Part shown: one piece after another, positions 31,466-39,933 of the stretch
Numbering within the stretch: the first letter of the stretch is position 1
Layout: every line of letters begins with the position of its first letter
Source of the DNA: an uncultured Eubacteriales bacterium
GTDB taxonomy: Bacteria > Bacillota > Clostridia > Lachnospirales > CAZTAY01
Length of the DNA: 53,633 bases
NCBI GenBank assembly: GCA_964611655.1
Contig: CAZTAY010000002.1
Coordinates: forward strand, 1 to 53,633
Direction: 5' to 3'
The notes under the pieces: model-generated
Told to the model about the DNA's origin: nothing
The model's database searches: none
The model's input: only the letters and a program-made list of their open reading frames with translations
Position numbers and translations under genes: made by a program

Positions 31466-32875
31466 GTGGATAATAAAAATTTAATTTCAGAGCTTTCAGA
31501 TGAACAAATTGATGCATTGTTAACCTATGTACCACTGTTTGAGGAGCAGAATAAAGAAAATATTAAAGCTATTGCATTTGAAAAAATTAGTAATAATAGA
31601 GCAAATAATAAAAGATTTTCTTATAAAAAATCCGCATTGTCTGCACTTATTGCGGTTGCAATATTAGTTTCAAGTAGTTTGGTTGTAGCTGCTGCGTTAG
31701 GTGTTGATTTAGGACAAATTTTTAATTCGTTTTTTAATCCAGAAGTAGCGAATGTTATAGATGTAGAACAGATTGCAGAGCAAGAAGGAATTGAAATTAA
31801 ACTAATTTCAGCATATTCAGATGGAAGTCAAGCATATGCGATGCTTGAGATGAAAGATAGAAAAGGAAACAGACTATCTGATAACATGAAACTACTTTTT
31901 AGAAATAGTAACTACAATGCTTATTTATGCACGCCTATAGCCTATGATAAAGTAGAAAACAAGGCTGTGTTTGGAATTAAAATAATATGTCATCAGGAAA
32001 TTGAAGTAGGGGATTTAGTGCCTTTTAACGTAGAAAAAGTTTTATTAGATGTAGATGCTATTCAAGCAAGACCTATAAATTTTCCTTTATACAGTTTGGC
32101 GTTAGAAAAAGAAGTGATTAGCTATCAGCAGTGGGAGGAAGCGGCTTCTGACGGTGATATAGAATCAACAGGAGCAATAGCTGTTAGCGATGAAGTAAAT
32201 ATAGAAGAAATAGGCTTTTTGAAATTGGATGAAATTACTGCAACTCTACCGGGGGTTGATTGGGCTGTTGTTACTAACATAGGTTATGTTGATGGGTTGC
32301 TGCATATTCAATTAAAACGCACTGATGCTTATAACTTTGATTATAATTTTGGTTCTCTATTATTGCAGGACAGTTCTGGTGGAGAGGTTACACCTTTGCT
32401 AGATGTTGAAAAAGGTAATTATCAGGAGCTTGTGTTTAAAGTAGGAAGTATTGAAAAGCTCAAAAATATGAAGCTAACTAATACTGGATTGAACGCAAAA
32501 ACCGTTATATCAGGGCCGTGGAATCTGGACTTCACAATCAAGTCACAAGCAACCAAAAAATTCTTAACTATAAACTTGATAGATTCTCCTTATTTCAAAC
32601 AGCTTGATATAGAATGTTCACCTATGGCAACTTATATCAGGTTTTATGCTAAAGAGCAAACGGGCGAGCTTGAAGATGTAATCAAAATGGGCGATTATGT
32701 GGGGGCCTTTGATGAACCTTACCTAACTTTAAAAGATGGCTCTGAGATAAAGTTGTTGGTGGAGTCAAATATGTTTGATAATGTTGGCGGAACTGCGGAT
32801 TATAACAGTCCATACTTCCAACTCTCTGAACTAAAATCAATTACAGTTTGTGGAGTAGACTATAATTTTGAATAA
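31466..32875 (+). CDS. Anti-sigma factor (DUF4179-like)
   Basis: Directly follows the ECF sigma; single TM helix then EQEGIEIKLISAYSDG beta-rich extracellular domain. Confidence 0.75.
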   Translation: MDNKNLISELSDEQIDALLTYVPLFEEQNKENIKAIAFEKISNNRANNKRFSYKKSALSALIAVAILVSSSLVVAAALGVDLGQIFNSFFNPEVANVIDVEQIAEQEGIEIKLISAYSDGSQAYAMLEMKDRKGNRLSDNMKLLFRNSNYNAYLCTPIAYDKVENKAVFGIKIICHQEIEVGDLVPFNVEKVLLDVDAIQARPINFPLYSLALEKEVISYQQWEEAASDGDIESTGAIAVSDEVNIEEIGFLKLDEITATLPGVDWAVVTNIGYVDGLLHIQLKRTDAYNFDYNFGSLLLQDSSGGEVTPLLDVEKGNYQELVFKVGSIEKLKNMKLTNTGLNAKTVISGPWNLDFTIKSQATKKFLTINLIDSPYFKQLDIECSPMATYIRFYAKEQTGELEDVIKMGDYVGAFDEPYLTLKDGSEIKLLVESNMFDNVGGTADYNSPYFQLSELKSITVCGVDYNFE

Positions 32876-32949
32876 CAAGGCAAGCGAGAGGCAGTCAATC
32901 AGCTCTTAAAGTTGATTGGCTGTTTTTAGGTGAATGGAAATTTTTACTA

Positions 32950-32980
32950 TTGACTTAAAGTAAGTTTAAGGTGATATACT
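32950..32980 (+). promoter_or_regulatory. MerR-type promoter with 19-bp spacer and dyad operator
   Basis: TTGACT-19 bp-TATACT; CTTAAA-gtaag-TTTAAG dyad across the -35 and spacer. Confidence 0.8.
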
Positions 32981-32986
32981 TTGTTC

Positions 32987-33364
32987 ATGGAAAAAATACT
33001 TTCAATTAAAGATGTATCACATTTAACAGGAATTTCACCATCTAATATCCGTTACTACGAAATGCAGGGGTTGATTAGAAATATTAACCGCGATGTAAAT
33101 GGAGTCAGGAGGTTTAGTGAAAAAGATATTGAATGGATACAGTTTCTTGCGAGACTTAAAAGGATGGAAATGCCGATTACACAGATGAAAAAATATGCTG
33201 ACTTAAGGGCGCAAGGAGACAGTACCCTTAAGAGAAGACTGGAAATTCTGATAGAGCATAAAAAACTCTTGCTTCAAAAGATGGACAGACTTTTAATGGA
33301 TATTAATTTGTTGGATGGAAAAATTGAATTTTATAATAAATTGGAGGAAATAAACAATGAATAG
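32987..33364 (+). CDS. MerR family regulator (AdhR/YraB-like)
   Basis: SIKDVSHLTGISPSNIRYYEMQGLI...RDVNGVRRFSEKDIEW. Confidence 0.95.
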   Translation: MEKILSIKDVSHLTGISPSNIRYYEMQGLIRNINRDVNGVRRFSEKDIEWIQFLARLKRMEMPITQMKKYADLRAQGDSTLKRRLEILIEHKKLLLQKMDRLLMDINLLDGKIEFYNKLEEINNE

Positions 33365-33734
33365 TAGCAGCAACCGTTTCGAAAATGGGCTTAAGAAATT
33401 ATTTGAAGTGGATGGTAATGCCGGTGTGGAGATTACTGAAAATCTTGGTGACTTAGGGCGGTATATAGTTGAGTTTGCTTTTGGTGATATATATAGCAGA
33501 GATGGCTTATCACTCAGAGACAGAGAGATTTCAACAATTGCCATGCTGACTTGTCTAGGACGTGAGCCTCAACTTGAGGTACACATTAATGCAGGTCTAA
33601 ATGTAGGTTTGACTAAAGAAGAAATTGAGGAAATCATAATACAAACCGTACCATATGCAGGGTTTCCAACAGCTATTAATGCTCTAAATGTTCTGAAGAA
33701 AATGGAAAACAAGCGAGTGAATTCTTCTATTTAA
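33357..33734 (+). CDS. Carboxymuconolactone decarboxylase family protein
   Basis: FAFGDIYSRDGLSLRDRE, QLEVHINAGLNVG, PYAGFPTAINA. Confidence 0.92.
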   Translation: MNSSSNRFENGLKKLFEVDGNAGVEITENLGDLGRYIVEFAFGDIYSRDGLSLRDREISTIAMLTCLGREPQLEVHINAGLNVGLTKEEIEEIIIQTVPYAGFPTAINALNVLKKMENKRVNSSI

Positions 33735-33930
33735 TATTACTAAGCCCTGCTAAATAATCCAAGCTTATATTATAATATTTAGCTATTAATATAGCAATAT
33801 TAAAAGGAATTTCCCGTTCGCCCCTTTCATAGCGAGTATAAGTGGTTCTAAGCATATTCAGTATTTTCGCCAATTGTTCTTGTGAAAGATCAGCATCTTC
33901 CCTTAAATCCCTTATCCTTTTGTAAGTCAA
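33727..33930 (-). CDS. Small XRE-family HTH regulator
   Basis: RIRDLREDADLSQEQLAKILNMLRTTYTRYERGEREIP...YYNISLDYLAG; TTG start after GGGGTG. Confidence 0.88.
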   Translation of the reverse strand: MTYKRIRDLREDADLSQEQLAKILNMLRTTYTRYERGEREIPFNIAILIAKYYNISLDYLAGLSNIK

Positions 33931-33964
33931 AAAAAACACCCCAATAGACTTTTTATTGACAGTT

Positions 33965-34011
33965 TACACCCCTTGGTGTAAGCTTGCCTAATAATAACAC
34001 CGTATGGTGTT
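33965..34011. promoter_or_regulatory. Two palindromic operators ACACC-N4-GGTGT overlapping a rightward promoter
   Basis: tacacc-cctt-ggtgta (33965-33980), aacacc-gtat-ggtgtt (33996-34011); TTGACA 33956, 17 bp, TAAGCT. Confidence 0.7.
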
Positions 34012-34035
34012 TTGATATCATTTCTTCCAAACACA

Positions 34036-34064
34036 TTGACATTTTTAGATATATTGCATATACT
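34036..34064 (+). promoter_or_regulatory. Sigma-A promoter of the ars operon
   Basis: TTGACA-17 bp-TATACT. Confidence 0.75.
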
Positions 34065-34092
34065 ATATTATATCGAAATTATTAGATGAGAG

Positions 34093-34422
34093 GTGTACCC
34101 TTTGGAAGATAGATTAATTGAAAATGCAAAATTGTTTAAAGCATTTTGTGATGAAACAAGATTAATGGTTTTGGAAATGCTGCAATCAGGCGAAAAATGT
34201 GCTTGTGTGTTATTAGAAAAAGTTGACGTTGGTCAGTCCACATTATCTCATCATATGAAAATATTAGTTGATAGCGGTGTTGTATCTGCCAGAAAAGAAG
34301 GTAAATGGACATATTACTCAATTTGTGATCAAGGTGCAGAACTTGCAAAAAAACTCCTTTCAGAGCTTCTTACATGTTATGAACTTTGTGAGTGTGGGGG
34401 TGACTGTTCATGCAGTCAATAG
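34093..34422 (+). CDS. arsR: ArsR/SmtB family repressor
   Basis: FKAFCDETRL, GEKCACVL, QSTLSHHMKIL, RKEGKWTYY; Cys-rich tail. Confidence 0.9.
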   Translation: MYPLEDRLIENAKLFKAFCDETRLMVLEMLQSGEKCACVLLEKVDVGQSTLSHHMKILVDSGVVSARKEGKWTYYSICDQGAELAKKLLSELLTCYELCECGGDCSCSQ

Positions 34423-35414
34423 GTGATTTTATAAGCAAACAACTTCTTGGCATGAGCTGGCTTGATGGCTTGGTAGGCTCTTTTCTGGATTGGTTAGGCG
34501 TTGACATAAATGAGAAGTTTGGAGCAAGCTTGCAATTTTTTATTTATGACACCATAAAAATAATATGGCTATTGTCTGTGTTGATTTTTATAATCTCCTA
34601 TATACAAAGTTTCTTTCCTCCTGAAAGAACCAAGAAAATACTTGGCAAATACAAAGGTGTTTCAGCAAACCTGATGGGAGCTTTGTTGGGGACGGTAACG
34701 CCATTTTGCAGTTGTTCATCAATTCCTCTTTTCATTGGTTTTACTAATGCAGGTTTGCCGGTTGGGGTAACTTTTTCCTTCCTTATAAGCTCGCCTTTAG
34801 TAGATTTGGGGGCGTTTATATTACTTGTTAGCGTTTTTGGAGGAAAAATAGCTATTGCTTATGTGTTGGTGGGAATTATACTTGCGGTAATCGGAGGTAC
34901 GTTGATTGACAGGTTAGGGCTTGAGAAATATGTTGAGCAATATATAAAGCAGGTAGGAAGCGTTGATGTTGAAGCGCCGGATCTTTCAACTAAAGACCGT
35001 CTTGTTTACGCTAAAGAACAAATGTGGGAAACCCTTAAAAAGGTTTTTTGGTATGTAATTGTAGGGGTGGGGATTGGCGCTGTAATTCATAACTGGATTC
35101 CCAAAGAATGGATTGAAACGGTTCTTGGCGTGGATAATCCGTTTTCTGTGCTGATTGCAACAGTTGTGGGAGTGCCCATGTATGCTGACATATTTGGCAC
35201 AATACCAATTGCTGAAGCATTGTTTGCAAAGGGAGTTGGAGTGGGGACTGTGCTTAGTTTTATGATGGCAGTAACAGCTCTTTCTTTGCCGTCTATTATT
35301 TTGCTTAGGAAAGCGGTTAAACCAAAACTGCTTGGAATCTTTGTTGGAATTGTAACCATTGGAATTGTTATTGTAGGTTATTTGTTTAATACATTTTCAT
35401 TCCTGCTTGTATAA
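34410..35414 (+). CDS. ArsP-like (DUF318) permease
   Basis: TPFCSCSSIPLF, FLISSPLVD, GVPMYADIFG, ALSLPS. Confidence 0.9.
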   Translation: MQSIGDFISKQLLGMSWLDGLVGSFLDWLGVDINEKFGASLQFFIYDTIKIIWLLSVLIFIISYIQSFFPPERTKKILGKYKGVSANLMGALLGTVTPFCSCSSIPLFIGFTNAGLPVGVTFSFLISSPLVDLGAFILLVSVFGGKIAIAYVLVGIILAVIGGTLIDRLGLEKYVEQYIKQVGSVDVEAPDLSTKDRLVYAKEQMWETLKKVFWYVIVGVGIGAVIHNWIPKEWIETVLGVDNPFSVLIATVVGVPMYADIFGTIPIAEALFAKGVGVGTVLSFMMAVTALSLPSIILLRKAVKPKLLGIFVGIVTIGIVIVGYLFNTFSFLLV

Positions 35415-35437
35415 AATTATAGTAAAGGGAGATTAAG

Positions 35438-35773
35438 ATGGGATTATTTAATTTTGGAAAGAAGAAACAAGAGATTACAACAGAATGTAGCTGTGGTGGC
35501 AGCTGCGGTATAAGTGATGTAAAAAACTCACGTTTTATTGTGCTTGGTGCCTGTTGCAAGAAAAGCTCTGACAGTTTTGAGAATACTAAAAGGGCAGTTC
35601 GTGAATTGGGTCTTAATGATGAGGTTTTGAATATTGGTGATGTTGCTGAGATTGCTAAATATGGTGTTATGCAGACGCCTGCGCTTGTGATTGATAGCAA
35701 AGTCGTATCTTATGGTAAGTTGCTTACTATTGATGAAGTTAAAAGGCAGATTGAAAAAGCAGGAGTGAAGTAG
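35438..35773 (+). CDS. Small redox-active thioredoxin-like protein (MTH895-like)
   Basis: VLGACCKKS, IAKYGVMQTPALVIDSKVVSYGK. Confidence 0.85.
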   Translation: MGLFNFGKKKQEITTECSCGGSCGISDVKNSRFIVLGACCKKSSDSFENTKRAVRELGLNDEVLNIGDVAEIAKYGVMQTPALVIDSKVVSYGKLLTIDEVKRQIEKAGVK

Positions 35774-35774
35774 G

Positions 35775-36179
35775 GTGGGAAAAGCTTTGACTAAAATCGC
35801 ATTCATATGTGTTCATAATTCCTGTCGTAGCCAGATTGCAGAAGCCCTCGGAAAACATTTTGCAGGTGATGTTTTTGAATGTTATTCGGCAGGTACGGAA
35901 GTGAAACCAAAAATCAACCAAGACGCTGTCAGGCTCATGAAAGCTCTTTACAATATTGATATGGAACAAACACAATTTTCAAAATTGATTGATGAAATTC
36001 CGACTGTTGATGTGGTTATTACGATGGGCTGTAATGTGGATTGCCCATACCTTCCTTGTAAACATAGGGAGGACTGGGGGCTTGACGATCCAACTGGAGG
36101 AAGCGATGAAGAGTTTGTTAAGGTTATTAAGACTATAGAGAGCAAAGTTCTTGAAGTTAAGGGCATGTTTGGGGCTTAA
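35775..36179 (+). CDS. arsC: Arsenate reductase, LMW-PTP fold
   Basis: FICVHNSCRSQIAEA, SAGTE, ITMGCNVDCPYLP, DWGLDDP. Confidence 0.93.
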   Translation: MGKALTKIAFICVHNSCRSQIAEALGKHFAGDVFECYSAGTEVKPKINQDAVRLMKALYNIDMEQTQFSKLIDEIPTVDVVITMGCNVDCPYLPCKHREDWGLDDPTGGSDEEFVKVIKTIESKVLEVKGMFGA

Positions 36180-36218
36180 AATATTTATTGTGAAAGAATT
36201 GGAGTTTAAGAATAAGTA

Positions 36219-36250
36219 AGGGCTATCCTTGTTTAAAACAGGATAGCCCT
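36219..36250. terminator. Bidirectional terminator
   Basis: agggctatcct / aggatagccct between convergent genes. Confidence 0.75.
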
Positions 36251-36256
36251 GATAGG

Positions 36257-36991
36257 TTACTTTCTTCTGCCGGTAAAATACACTTTCACATTATCGAATT
36301 CTTGATAACACGATACTTCTTTTGTAATTGTTTTTCCAGCTTTGATCTCATTGTCATTGTCGGTAAAATATGTAGTATCATGGTCAACAAGTATATCTCC
36401 CTTAAAGAATAAGGCAGTACCTTCTACGAATTCCGCATTTTTTGTACCGTTATTTGTTACTGCAATAACTGCCTTCTTGCTTGCTGGAGATATTTCGCTT
36501 GTTAAATCAGAGGTTACACATTCGTACCAGCTTTCAGGTTTTGCTGAAATTTCATAATCATAAGAGGCGGGTGATACATCGTTCATAAATGTAAGTGCTA
36601 TTTCACTTCCGCTTTGGAAAGCCTCTTGCCTACCAGATTTTGCACCTACTAAGTTACCGCTTTCATCTTTTAAAGTTAAATTTACATCGATGTTTAAATC
36701 GAATTCGGAATTATTTTTTATTACAAGACAAATCCAAGTGTTTTTTAATATATCTTCATATTGAAACTTTTGCACATCGAGTTTTGAGATTACGTCAGCT
36801 TCATCAAAACTTGGGGTCTTTTGAGCTGTATTTGCTTTATCAGCATCAGGTGATTGGGTATCCTCTGCAGCTGTGGTCTTATCGCTGTCGCCACTCGGCT
36901 CAGGAGGAGGGGTTTTGGAAGTGCAAGCACTAAGTACAATAAAACAGAAAGATAAACATAAAGCGAACACTAAAACTCTTGTTTTTTTCAT
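36257..36991 (-). CDS. Lipoprotein with FxLYD-like domains
   Basis: Signal peptide with lipobox VLSAC; repeated V.NN...D/E...V....L....G.LV pattern. Confidence 0.75.
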   Translation of the reverse strand: MKKTRVLVFALCLSFCFIVLSACTSKTPPPEPSGDSDKTTAAEDTQSPDADKANTAQKTPSFDEADVISKLDVQKFQYEDILKNTWICLVIKNNSEFDLNIDVNLTLKDESGNLVGAKSGRQEAFQSGSEIALTFMNDVSPASYDYEISAKPESWYECVTSDLTSEISPASKKAVIAVTNNGTKNAEFVEGTALFFKGDILVDHDTTYFTDNDNEIKAGKTITKEVSCYQEFDNVKVYFTGRRK

Positions 36992-37133
36992 TTTAAATAC
37001 CTCTCTTTTTTTAATTTTTATTTCATCTAAACATTATAACGAAAATAAGTTAGGATTACAAGTTTCTTTTGTAAGGTAATGATAAAACTAAATAAAAAAA
37101 ACTAGTGAAACTTATGTTCACCAGTTTTTCAAA

Positions 37134-37204
37134 CAGGGGTAGAAGGATTCGAACCCTCACGGACGGTTTTGGAGACCGGAATGCTACCATTACATAATAC
37201 CCCT
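37134..37204 (-). tRNA. tRNA-Trp (anticodon CCA)
   Basis: Reverse complement AGGGGTATTATGTAATGGTAGCATTCCGGTCTCCAAAACCGTCCGTGAGGGTTCGAATCCTTCTACCCCTG. Confidence 0.95.
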
Positions 37205-37256
37205 AAACTTTGTTATGTAATATAAAACAGGGATGCAGATTGCTGCATCCCTTTAA

Positions 37257-37328
37257 CTGGGCTGGCAGGATTTGAACCTACGAATGCCAGAGTCAAAGTC
37301 TGGTGCCTTACCGCTTGGCGACAGCCCA
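37257..37328 (-). tRNA. tRNA-Gln (anticodon TTG)
   Basis: Reverse complement TGGGCTGTCGCCAAGCGGTAAGGCACCAGACTTTGACTCTGGCATTCGTAGGTTCAAATCCTGCCAGCCCAG. Confidence 0.96.
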
Positions 37329-37350
37329 ATATGAAAACGCTGCAAGAAAT

Positions 37351-37379
37351 AGTATAGCAGTAAAATTGATGGTTGTCAA
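37351..37379 (-). promoter_or_regulatory. Sigma-A promoter of the tRNA pair
   Basis: TTGACA-17 bp-TATACT on the minus strand. Confidence 0.75.
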
Positions 37380-37518
37380 CTGTTATTTTTTTGTAAAAAA
37401 ACATTTGGTTCATTGACGTTTTTTAATAAGTATAATAGAATCAAAATTATTAAATAGGTGAAAAATCTGTTACAATATTGTTATATATTGTAACCAATTG
37501 TTGGAATGGAGTGATCTG

Positions 37519-39048
37519 ATGGATACCAAAAAGCTTTATAAGGCAAATCTAAATATAGTTGCCATAATAGCATTGATTTTTGCAGTTATAAATATTGTTG
37601 AAGGATATTACATTGCTACTGTACTAATATTTGCAATATTAGGTGTATTGATTGTCCCAAACTATTTTTTCAAGAACAAGATGAGTGACTCTACAAGATA
37701 TCTGATTGTATCGTTGGTGCAATACTTTACTGTCTATATTGTGGCTATTGTTAAAGGAAATATGATTGAAAATTTTGGATTGCTTATTGCTGCCTGTATT
37801 ATATCATGTATTTACTTTGATAAGAAAATTATAGTAATTGAATCAGTGGTTGTTAATGTGACTCTTATCGGAGCAATTGTTTTTTCAATGGAACATGCCT
37901 TTACGGGGGTTGGTTTAAATACTGTTTTGCGTTTGCTTTTGTCATTTGAAATTGCACTTGTGGTTTTATATATGATTGCAAAATGGGCTAGGGTTTATAT
38001 CGAGCAGGCTCAGGATAAGGCATTACACTCGGAAGAACTTCTAAAAACCATATCGGAGAAAATGGCTGAAAGCGAGCAGCTTAGAGAAAAACAAGAAAGC
38101 ATGTTACAGGAAATGAATGATTCTGCAAAAGAAAGAGAAACACTTATTCAACAAATCCAGCAGAAGATGAAAGAAAGTGAAGAGGCAGCACTATTGCAAG
38201 CCAGAACAGTTGAACAGGTTAATAAGTCTATGGAGGAAAACAAGGTTCTTCTTGAACAGGTTAACCTTAAAATGCAGGAAAGCGAAAGTCTCTCCGAAGA
38301 GCAAGAAAAGATTTTACAGAACACAAAAGAGGTTGCAAAGTCTGTTACAGATTTATCGTCACAGGTCAAGGATGTATCAAGCCAACTTTCAGAAGGTACA
38401 CAGTCTCAGTCAGAAGCTTTAAATCAGCTTAAAGAAGCAGTTGATAAAATTTCAGATGAAATTCAACAAGTAGCGAAGGCAACAAAAAGTTCCGGGGAGT
38501 ATTCAGCTAAAGCAGGAGAAATGGTAAAGGTTTCTAACCTCAAGATGACTTTACTCCTTGAAGCAATGGACTCAATTTCCAATTTATCGGAAGAGATTAA
38601 AAGCATTACCAAAGCAATTGACGTTATTTCGTTTCAAACAAATATACTTGCAATTAATGCATCAGTTGAAGCTGCACATGCAGGAGAAAGAGGAAAGGGC
38701 TTTGCAGTAGTTGCTAACGAAGTTAAAAATCTTGCAGCTAAAAGTGCCGAAGCTGTCAAAAATACGGAAGGCATGATCGAAAAGGTGCTCCTTGCTATTT
38801 TACAGGCCAAAAAAATTGCCACAGAAACAGCGGACAGGCTTAACGAAACTGTATCTATTACAGAAGAAAGTGATAGTATTATTCGCACTATTGTGGACAA
38901 AACAGAAGAACAAACCCAGGGTATAGAAAAGCTGGAAAATGCAATGGCAACAATATCTCAAACCATTGAACAGAACTATAGTACAGTACATGTAAACACC
39001 GAAATTGCTTCACAGCTTTTGGAGCAGTCTAAAAAAATGATTGATTAA
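37519..39048 (+). CDS. Methyl-accepting chemotaxis protein with integral-membrane sensor
   Basis: About six N-terminal TM helices, long coiled coil, [34 protein letters not shown]. Confidence 0.93.
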   Translation: MDTKKLYKANLNIVAIIALIFAVINIVEGYYIATVLIFAILGVLIVPNYFFKNKMSDSTRYLIVSLVQYFTVYIVAIVKGNMIENFGLLIAACIISCIYFDKKIIVIESVVVNVTLIGAIVFSMEHAFTGVGLNTVLRLLLSFEIALVVLYMIAKWARVYIEQAQDKALHSEELLKTISEKMAESEQLREKQESMLQEMNDSAKERETLIQQIQQKMKESEEAALLQARTVEQVNKSMEENKVLLEQVNLKMQESESLSEEQEKILQNTKEVAKSVTDLSSQVKDVSSQLSEGTQSQSEALNQLKEAVDKISDEIQQVAKATKSSGEYSAKAGEMVKVSNLKMTLLLEAMDSISNLSEEIKSITKAIDVISFQTNILAINASVEAAHAGERGKGFAVVANEVKNLAAKSAEAVKNTEGMIEKVLLAILQAKKIATETADRLNETVSITEESDSIIRTIVDKTEEQTQGIEKLENAMATISQTIEQNYSTVHVNTEIASQLLEQSKKMID

Positions 39049-39323
39049 CAAATATTAATTTATTATATAGCTAACTAAATTTAAAAGAGTAAAATTTGTT
39101 TGAGTAAAGAAAATATAGTATTGAATTATGCGCTCTGCTATATGAGTCGAGAAAAGCGAAACGAGTGGCGCAGCTAATTCAGTTGAAAATCGTAAATAGC
39201 AAATTTCTTTGTGCAAGAAGATCCTTATTGGAATTATGCTCTGTTACACGAGTATAGTGAAACGAAAAGAGTGCCCAAGGTGCGTGTTTTTCTAAACAGC
39301 TATAAAAAAGGAGTTATAAATAT

Positions 39324-39770
39324 ATGAAAAAGATATATATAGGAATTTTACTGGTTATTGTGGTTTTGATTTCCTCAGGCTGTGCAAATTCAAATGTGGT
39401 AAAAGATCAGGATTCCTCGTCAATTTTAGCTGAAATGAGAAAAAACAAAATTGAAAATCTAGGTGACAATACGGGTGTTGGTAAGTTGATATCCTTATTA
39501 CCAAACTTAGACAAGAATTATAAGCAGAACTTCTTTTCTTTGCAAACCGAAACAGAGCCATATGGTTTGACTATCTATTATGAGCCTGTAGACAGCTCCA
39601 ATATACCTGAAATGTCAGAAAGTGAAGAAATGAAAACCTATTCACACTATCTATTTGATTGTATTGGGGATCTAGGGTATGTAGAGTATGCATACAGAGC
39701 TACACCTTCAACGGGTGACTTAGTAGAATCAGAGTATAAAGTTATATTATCTATAAATAAAAACATGTAG
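39324..39770 (+). CDS. DUF4825-like lipoprotein
   Basis: Lipobox SSGC; LGDNTGVGKLISLLP...FSLQTETEPYGLTIYY. Confidence 0.7.
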   Translation: MKKIYIGILLVIVVLISSGCANSNVVKDQDSSSILAEMRKNKIENLGDNTGVGKLISLLPNLDKNYKQNFFSLQTETEPYGLTIYYEPVDSSNIPEMSESEEMKTYSHYLFDCIGDLGYVEYAYRATPSTGDLVESEYKVILSINKNM

Positions 39771-39933
39771 TCAATAAAAAAAGTGGAGTTTTCCGCTTTT
39801 TTTATTCCATTTTTTTATTTTTAAATAACGTAGTAATTGTAGGTTCTGTCATATAAAGAACTATGAGTGTGTCATAGGTGTTTTCTCAACAAAAAAGCTT
39901 CCTGATTTTAAAATCAAGAAGCTTCTTTACATA

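Noticed and set aside
37134-37328. tRNA genes as attachment sites of an island spanning the tail or ars regions
   Set aside because: I found no duplicated tRNA 3' end and no integrase in the window
37413-37436. TTGACG/TATAAT promoter for the second MCP
   Set aside because: Spacer is only 12 bp
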